Part shown: positions 55,243-64,000 of the stretch, one piece after another
Layout: every line of letters starts with the position of its first letter
Position numbering within the stretch: the first letter of the stretch is position 1
From: the human T2T-CHM13v2.0 reference genome, Homo sapiens
Assembly: GCF_009914755.1 (NCBI RefSeq)
Contig: NC_060947.1
Reading direction: 5' to 3' (one strand)
DNA length: 64,000 nt
Notes under the pieces: generated by a model
What the model was told of the DNA's origin: nothing
What the model saw: only the letters and a program-made list of their open reading frames with translations
Databases searched by the model: none
Program-made: the position numbers and the translations under genes

Positions 55243-56781
55243 CAGCAGATCTCAAACTTTTTGGTCTCAGAACTCTTTATAATCACACTTATTATTGAGG
55301 AATATTAATTTCTCAGCTTTGATAAATGTGTAATGTTTATATAAAACGTTAACAGAGGAAGCTGAATAAAGGATATGTAGAAGCTGTTATCTCTGTAACT
55401 CTTCTGTAAATCTAAAATTATTTCAAAGTAAAGAGTTTTTTAAAATTATTGAGGATTGCCTAAAACCTTTCTCTAATATGGAACATATCCACTGATGTTT
55501 ACCATAGTATAAATAAAAATGGAGAGATTTTTTAAAATTGTATTTATTAATTTATTTAAACATAAAAAGAATATCTATTACATGTTAACATAAGAAACAT
55601 TTTCATGAAAATCATATTTTCAAAAAATAAATTTAGGGAAAGGAGTAGTACTGTTTGACATTTCTGCAAATTTCTTCAAAGTCTGGAATAATAGAAGACA
55701 GCTGGACTCATCTCCTTCTGAATTCAATCTGCTGTAATATGCTGTTCTGGTTCAATTATATGAAGAAATTCTAGCCTTACACAGGTATTTAGTTTGAAAA
55801 AGGAGTATGTTAATGGCCTTTTCAGATAACGTAGATATTTCTGCTTGATACTACACTGAAATTTAACAAGCGATAGTTTTTTTTAAAAGATCAATTGCAA
55901 TATGGAAGCTGAAGTCATATCAATGAGCTTTTCATACTGTATTATATTAAAAGCTATTTTTCAATCTTTCATTTTGAATGGGTCTTCTATCCACTTATTA
56001 GTTCATACCATGAGGTATTAATTTATTATTTGGAAAATACTGGCCCACTGAGTGATGCAGGACTTCTAATTAATGACCCATTTTATAATGAAATATCGAA
56101 AAATCACATTTGTTAATACCACCATTGATTCCACCAAGTCTTTAAGTTGGGAAGCTGACAAGCTCATGGTGGCAGATGTAAGTTTTTCCAGAACTCTAAT
56201 TTTCACTTGAAAGCTTGAATGTTATTATCAGCAACAAATACTTTAAATTGTTTTCCTTAAAAATGACAGACTTATTTTGTTCATTTTCAAGAAAATATCT
56301 GCCAAATACCCAAGTCTGTATCACCACAGTAAAAATGATGTTTCATGAGGAAAGCAGACAATTCAGCTCGTTACTCAATTCTGCAAGTTCTTTCCTTGAG
56401 ACAACCATCAAACTCCAGTGTGCAGCAGAAGTACCTTATTAAAACTTTCCATTTTATCCCACAGAATGTTAAGAAAATGTGTACTCGAGGGTTGAGATTT
56501 AATAAAATTAACATTTTACTGTTTCTTCAAGAATGTTCTAAAGTAGAACTTGCTTTTTTTTTTTTTCCACAAATTCATGGCAGTGAAGGATACCAATGAC
56601 TACTGCCAGCACAGTTTGGTGTCACCCCTTTGCTAAGATGCCAGCAGTTTTAGCCTCTGTTGCTTTAGCATCATCTATACAAATGTTAACAGGAAAAAAG
56701 GCAAATAAAATCTTATAATTATTGTTAAAAAGATCTTGAGGACCCACAGGGGTCCGTGGATCACACTTTGAAAACCACATT
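55243..56781 (-). mobile_element. Charlie1a-like hAT DNA transposon
   Basis: Termini cagcagatctcaaactttttggtctcag and ggggtccgtggatcacactttgaaaaccac; ~1.4 kb. Confidence 0.85.
55303..55445 (+). mobile_element. L1M (MC/MD-like) 3' end inserted in Charlie1
   Basis: aactcttctgtaaatctaaaattatttcaaag; TSD attattgagga. Confidence 0.7.
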
Positions 56782-57799
56782 TAGACTTAAGTGAGAAAAA
56801 TAAATTCTTATTTGTTTAATCCACTCTTACTCAGATTTTCTGTTATTTGCAACTAAAAGCATTCCTGATAGATGCAGCATAATATATTCTTGAGTATTCC
56901 TTGGTATTCAAAACATCCATGCTTCCACTTAATGATTGTGGCAAAAAAAAAAAAAAGCTATTTATCTATTTGAGTTGAGTCTCTTCTTGTGTGGAGACAG
57001 AGATAATTCATACTTCAAAGTCCTGTGGCTTTTCCCTTGCTGATCCATGAGGGTTATGCTTCTCCACGTATTGAAGCAATGCTAAGCAACCCTCAGATTG
57101 CATAAAATCTATCTAGTTTTGAAATATTTCCCATGATTTAATTTCTAGAATACGAATCTTAAATTACTAGTTATTGAGCAGTGATTCTACTCATTTCCAT
57201 AGGTGTAGTATTTAGAAAGTCTGCCTTTGCATTACTGCTGCATCAGGTTAAGTAGAGAAGCTGCTTGTCTCAAGAGGGTTGACTCAGAAACAATTCCAAG
57301 GCATTGCCAAAGGCATGGCACCAGAGACCTTGGACACAAGGTACACGACACAGTGAAGGTGAAGGTGAAAGAGAAAAGACCCAGGAATAAAGATTAGCTC
57401 CTGTGTGCTTCTATTTTAGGGACAGATTGTATCAAGAGTATTGGTTTCATTCTAATCTATTCTATAGTTTGGGAGTAGTAAAGAACATCACTTAGTATTT
57501 TAAATCCCCACTCTCTGCAATATCTAATTACAACACTTGACATTTGAGTACATTTTTTGTGTAATAAAACCAGTAGGTAACATAGGGAGAGGGAGATTGA
57601 AAGATCTGGAGACAAAAATATAAATTTGGCCAGAGTTTAGCTACAGGGTAATGTTTAATGAAATATTGCTTTTTAAAGACCAGGAGATTCCTAAACTCTG
57701 AAATATTTGTCAGAAAAATGAAACCCTTTAGTAATGGAAAAATAATAATTTTTAATGCCTAAATTTAATTGCATATGTTTTGATTTAAAAGACATAATT

Positions 57800-60065
57800 T
57801 CTTACTAGGAATAGAAAGAAATTTTCTTAAACTGGTAATGGACATCTATGAAAAACTCACATCTAATGTCATACTTAATGGTGAAAGACTGGATGCATTT
57901 TCCCTGAGATTAAGAGCAAGACAAGGATTCCATTCTTGCCATTTGTTCATAACAGAGTACTGGAGGTTCTAGCCAGGGCAATTAAACAAGACAATTTTGT
58001 TAATTTAACAAAATAAGTTCAAAACGTATACTTTGAAATCTATAAAACTGTTGAAAGAAACTAAAGAAGATTACATAATTGGAAAAATATCTTTTTTTAT
58101 GTATCAGAAGATCTAATATTGTTAAGATGCAATATTCCCCAAATTAATTGACACATTCAACACAATCTCTATCAGAACTCCAGCTGGCTTATTTGTAGAA
58201 ATTCACAAGATGATTCTAAAATTCATATGGAATTGCAAGAAACTCAGAATAGCCAAAACTATCTTGAAAAAGAACAAAAGTTGGAGGGCTCACAATTCCT
58301 GATTTTAAAACTTACTACAAAACGACAGTAATCAAAACAGTGTTGTACTGGCATAAGGAGAGACATAATAGATCACTGGAATGGAATTGAGAGTCCAGAA
58401 ATACATCTATGTGTCTATAGTCAACTGATTTTCAACAGGGGAGCCAAGACCATTTAATGGGGGAACATAGTCTATTATACAGATTGTGCTAGGACAACTG
58501 GATATCCACATGCAAAGAATAAAGTTGGACCCCTACCTCATACCATATTCAAAAATTAATTCAAAATGGATGATCAACCTAAAAATAAGAGCCAAAACCA
58601 TAGAACTCTTAGAAGAAAACATAAAGGTAAATCTTGATGACCTAGGATTTGGCAGTGGATTCTTAGATATGACACTCGAAGCATGAACAATGGATAAGAA
58701 TGTTCAACAATGGATAAGAATGGAAAAAATGGATAAGTTAGACATCGTCAAAAATTTTTAAAATATTTTCTGCATGAAGGAACATTATCAAGAAAGTTAT
58801 GATGACCTACAGAAGGGAAGAAAATATTTAAAAATCATGTATCTGAAAATGGCCTACTATCCAGACTATATATAGAACTCTTACAACTCAACAACAAAGA
58901 GACATATAACCCAATTTAAAATGAGCAAATCACTTAGAGATTTCTCCAGAGAAAGTATATAAATGGCCAATAAGCACAGGAAAAGATATTTAACATCGTT
59001 AGATACTAGGGAAATGCAAATCACAACTGCAACAATGCACAACCACTAGGATGGCTATCATTGAAAATACAGAAAAGAACAAGTGTTTGTAAAGACATGG
59101 AGAAATTGGAATCCTTAAACATTGCTGGTAGGGAATGGAAAATGGTTCAGCCACTATGGAAAACAGTTTGGGGGTTTCTCAAAAAGTCAAACATAAGACC
59201 AGACACAGTGCCTCACACCTGTAATGCTAGCACTTTGGGAGGCTGAGGTGGAAGAATCATTTGAGCCCAAAAGTTCAAGACAAGCTTGGGCAACGTAATG
59301 AGACCTCGTCTCTAAAAAAAATTTAAAAATTAGCTGGGCATGGTGGCACATGCCTGTAGTCCCAGCTACTCTGGAGGCTGAGGTGGAAAGATCACTTGAG
59401 CCTGGGAGGTCGAGGCTGCAGTGAGCCATGATCATGCCAATTCACTCTAGCCTGGGTGATATAGTGAGATCCTGCCTAAATAAAAATAAAAATAAAAAGC
59501 ATAGAATTACCTTATTACCCTGCAAGTTCACTCTTAGGTATATACCCAAAAGATTGAAAACAAGTATTCAAAGAAGTACGTGTACGCATGTGACTCACTG
59601 CAGCACTATTCACAATAGCCAAAGAATGGAAACAGTCCTATGTCCATCAATGAATGACTGGATAAACAAATTATAGCATAACTGTACAATGAAACATTAT
59701 TTAGTCATAGAAAAGAACGAGATACTGATGCATGCTACCAGAGAGATGAACTTTGAAGACAGTCACAACAGATCACATACTAGATGATTTTATTTATATG
59801 AAATATCCGGAATAAGCAAATCCATAGAGACAGTAGATAGTGTTTACTTAGGTCTGGGAAGGTTTATGGGATGAAGGTGATAGTTAAAGGGTGCACAGTT
59901 TTGTTTTGTTTTTTTTTTTTTTGAGGTGATGAAAATGTTCTAAAATTGACTGTGATAATGATTGCACATATGTGTAAATATGCTAAACAATATTAACATG
60001 TACACTTTAAAAGGGTGAAATGTGTTATATGTGAATTATATCTTAATTAAGCTGTTAATTTAAAA
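57800..60065 (+). mobile_element. L1MB3/4-like LINE, 3' ~2 kb
   Basis: ORF2 remnant KLDPYLIPYSKINSKW; 3' end gaggtgatgaaaatgttctaaaattgactgtg...tgtgaattatatct. Confidence 0.88.
59197..59497 (+). mobile_element. AluJ inside L1MB
   Basis: Full dimer with (TAAAAA)n tail. Confidence 0.92.
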
Positions 60066-60950
60066 CAATCTAATTTCTTAAAAAATATAAAAATGAGGTT
60101 TATATAGATTTTTCTATTTTCTTAATATCTCTCAAGCAAAACAGACTTTTCATCAGCATATTTGACAGCCATTTCTCTGACAACACTTGCCAGCCTGTTT
60201 GTGCCTACCATCCTAATACAGAAAGCAGAGAAGCTGGATATAGGCCTGGGAAAACTGCTCATGAAAAGAGCACCTGGCAATACCCATTACCAAAATTATC
60301 TGAACTTGGGACAGAGTTGACAATATTGAATTATTACAGTAGAGTGGGAGAAGGGCTATACTAGCTGTATCCAATAAGATAGAAGCTGGATAGGAAGATT
60401 GAGAAAAAGGTATTCAGGGTTCCTATCTCATCCATGAGTCAGGGTCACAGAAGACAATAATCAAGGTTTGTATGGAAAGATTTCTGGGAGTTGCCATGAA
60501 CCGAGTTAGTACAAGTAGTGGGATGAGGTGAGGATGGGGGAATCAGTGTACACAAACTAAGAGAAACAACCGAGATAACTAAGGATGGGAGTCACTGGGT
60601 TATCTAATTGCAGAAAATGATTTTCTCTCTTTCAGTGGATCTTACACCTACCAGGTCTTACATCAAATCATCTTAAAGATGCAGCTTATCATTTTAAAAT
60701 AAAATTATGGGAGTCTCAATTTGAGTCTGTGCATGATCAGACAAGAATAGACATATCTTGCAAACTGGCTGAATAAACCCAGTTAAAGTCCATGTGCTAA
60801 GGAGCATCTTGGAATCACTCTTCCTGAGAAAAGAGGGGTCCAGGAGTACAGTCAGTCCTCTAGGGGTGCAGTGATATTGGGTAGAACATGATGTATGTCA
60901 TTTGTATTAGCCTCTTGATCCAGCCTCAAATAAGTCCTAAACTCTTAAGT

Positions 60951-61674
60951 TGAAACCGCCTTTGCAAAAATTTTAAACTGAGGAAATTATGACAGTGAAA
61001 GAGATTAGACCTAATTGACTCCATCTTGCGTCTAAGTTTTAAGCTGTACTTGTTCATTCCTGAGCATAGGCCGAAGTAACCTTGGGAAGAAGTGCAGTTT
61101 ATGGTTTCACTCTGAAACAAAATTGATAATAGCCCTTTACTGAAAAGACCCCTTCTTGCCTGGGGACCAGTCTGCCTTTGTAGGACTGACAAATTAGCTA
61201 CAAGATTAGAAATTATGGTTTAGGGGTCATGCAGCCTCTGTCTGCAAAAGTCTGAACTTCCCAAATTGCTTGGGGATAACATCACTATTGTAAAACCTGA
61301 GATCAGTGCTTGAGATATTTGCAGATCCTGCACTGGATAGATCAGCTGACATAACCCAGACTGGTAATCTGGCTCAACCAGTTCTGCCTTCCCACCCAGG
61401 AACAGAAGACAGCAAGAAAACCTCACTTCGATCCCCTATGATTCCACCTCCAACCTGACCAATCAGCACTTCCCACTTTCCTAGCCCCTAGCCGCCAAAA
61501 TATCTGTTTAAAACGCCAATCCCCAAATTCTCCATGAGACGGATTTGAGTAATAAAACTCCAGTCTCCCACACAGCCAGCTCTATGAAGTACTCTTTCTC
61601 CATTGCAATTCCCTTGTCTTGATAAATTGGCTTTGTCTAGGCAGCAGGTGAGGTAAACCCGATGGGCAGTTACA
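60951..61674 (+). mobile_element. LTR8-family ERV1 solo LTR
   Basis: TG...CA, starts tgaaaccgcctttgcaaaa; aataaa at ~61551; 4-bp TSD aagt. Confidence 0.9.
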
Positions 61675-61816
61675 AAGTACTTGGGGTTATAGGCATCATT
61701 CCATGGGATCCCTCATCAATAGAGGGTAATACTAGAGACAAACAAGAGCAAGTAAAAGAAGTAGGCAGCCTGGTAAAGGTGCTGTTGCACTCAGTGGACT
61801 GATTTGTTCATAAATA

Positions 61817-62542
61817 TGTTACTGGTAGAAAGTATCTGAGTTACTGGCAGAGAATCACATGGGTCTGCAGCAACCTCAGTTCTTGCCTCCTCAGAAGAAA
61901 CAATCCAACTGAGGGGAATAAGGCAGAAAAAAAGACCAAGGCAAGTTTCAGAGCAGGAGTGAAATTGTATTAAAAAGCTTTAGAGCAGGAAAGAAAGGAA
62001 AGTACACTTGGAAGAGACCCAGGTGGGCACCAAGAAGGTCAAGTGTGGCATTTAACTTTGATCTTAGGACTTTATAGGCTGACCCACTTCTGGTGTATTG
62101 CACCCCTTTCCCATGCTTCTTCCCTTAGTGTGGGCTGCCCACATGCGCAGTGCCCTCCTTACGCTTGGGAGGTGAGCACGCGCAGTGTGTTTAGAAGTTG
62201 CATGCATGCCCATCTGAGGGTTTCTTCCCTTTTCCGGTGGAGTGCCCCCAGAAGGTCATACTCCACCATTTTGTCTCTTAATGTACATGCCCAGGCTCAC
62301 TCACCCAGTACCTGCGATTTTATTGGAAGCTCTTTTTGCTTCTCCCTGGTGCCTGCATTCAATTAACACTCTAATGTAACAGCTGTGGACCATCAGGAGA
62401 TTGTCTCTCCCTGGCACGGTTGCCGAATTATCATTTTTAGAGAGGCAATGTGATAATTGTTGAACCATCACCTGACATTAACTGGTGGGTGGGGGAAGAG
62501 CCCTCTCCTGCCCCACTCATATCTGTCTAACTACCTGTAACA
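61817..62542 (-). mobile_element. MER50-family ERV1 solo LTR
   Basis: TG...CA with 4-bp TSD aata; ctgcagcaacctcagttcttgcctcctcagaagaa; gagccctctcctgccc...ctacctgtaaca. Confidence 0.8.
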
Positions 62543-64000
62543 AATACACATAAGGGAACCCTTGAAACGTTCCAGAAACTCTTGGGGGAAGGATCTTTAA
62601 AGAAACCTGTAGTCATGTGTCAAACAGATGGGGGCATGTACAACTTATTTGAGGTATTATTATTTACGTGAAACTCAAAGGCTGGTGAGGCCTGGAGAAA
62701 CGGGAATCATGGACAAAGTTCCTAATCCTTCTGGAGCAGCCGAAAATGATCTTACAGTGGAAGTGACCTTTGACTCATGACCTGAGAGAGGGTCCAAAGG
62801 ACATTTCAGACTAGAGTAGAGGGTATGCACAAAGACACAGAGGGTCACTATGCTTATTTTTGAAAATTAATTTGCATGGACCAAGTGTTTTTCGTTTTGT
62901 GCATAGCTACACGTGTACATATTTAGCAGGAATCCTGGCATTTGACCACAGTAGCCACTGAGAGCAGCTCAACTATTTCTCATAACTGTTAAAATTATTC
63001 AAATATTAGAATTGGAAGGAACCAAAGATGCCATCTATACTCCGCCACCATGAAAGTGCAAGGGATAATTGCAAAGCTATTAGCAACCTCCAAGGCTCAA
63101 TAACCACCTTGCTTTCATACAACATTTGCTTTGTCGTGTAAATTAAGAGGCACTGAATATCACCACAGGATTTGGAAGGCTGAGGGGATGCCAAAAATCT
63201 GGTCAGCAGGTCATAAGTATTTCTTTTGTTAATCTAATAGTCTAGTAATTTGACATACAATGAGGGCAGAAAGTTACCTCTATAATTCCTTGAGGTTCAG
63301 ACAGCATTTATACTCCTGACACTCCATTTGCATGAAGAGAGACAGAAGAAAAGGGTGTTAATGTCTAATTGTTAATGGATCACATAGTTTAACTCTAGCA
63401 TCTAAATGTCATGATAGAGCCTGCAAACTGAACACTGTGAATCTAATTGAAATTATTTTTGTGTCACTTTACAGTGATTGTTTCTTTCACATTGTCTCAA
63501 ATAATGGCTGAATTAATTCTTCAGGAATTATACAGAGCAGAATTCCCTTTATATAGAGAAATAAGATGATCTTGTATTACTGTAGTTAAAAAACAAATAG
63601 CAAGCACTGACTACAGTACCAAATGTCATTTCTTTGAAAACCTGGGCCAACAAAAAGCAACTCTAAAATTCAGTAAACAGATTAAAATGAAAATGTTTCC
63701 ATGACTTTTCTCTTCCAATGCAATTTGACTATGACAGTATTTCAAGGATTATAAACAAAAACCTTGGTAACAGATACAAGAACTTTAAGCATACTTATAT
63801 ATTATGGCACATGCATTATATTTAGCCTTTCCAGTGTGAGATTATCAACAACACATTGTTATCAAAATTACACACCAAAAATGTCCCATGCCAAAGCTAA
63901 AATAGTCATTTCTATTTCGTTTTTAGTAGCTTTAATTTTAAACTATTCTTAGGTTCATAGAGTACTATTACCCAGGTACTCTTCATTATTGTTAGGCATT

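Larger units (their letters stand above)
54730..56875 (+). mobile_element. MLT1J/K-like LTR interrupted by Charlie1
   Basis: gccatcttacaaccatgag...gttgagcagctgaaccaa | aataaattcttatttgtttaa...ttctgttatttgcaactaaaagcattcct. Confidence 0.65.

Noticed and set aside
58685-58740. Repeated aatggataag in L1MB
   Set aside because: Local slippage within a dead LINE.

Overview
Primate (almost certainly human) genomic DNA: AT-rich, CpG-depleted, with no CpG island and no intact host protein-coding exon I can recognise. Roughly half is transposon-derived: about 20 Alu-family SINEs, a TSD-flanked and internally deleted L1PA7-like LINE, older L1M/L2/MIR fragments, MaLR/ERVL/ERV1 solo LTRs and DNA transposons (Tigger4, MER5A, MER81, Charlie1, MADE1). 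Most ORFs in the supplied track are Alu/L1 read-throughs or chance ORFs. The most interesting signal is at ~41.9-45.5 kb on the + strand. After removing two Alus and a THE1D LTR (itself holding a third Alu), the DNA reads like a large decayed coding exon. It is bounded by splice-like sites, has few stops and holds two different degenerate ~100-110 bp (~34-37 codon) repeat arrays, so it is a candidate unitary pseudogene. A second coding-like relic may lie at ~51.8-52.6 kb on the - strand. A nearby MADE1 appears to have captured a copy of that local sequence in its hairpin loop. Repeat subfamily calls come from recalled consensus features, not a search, and boundaries are approximate.
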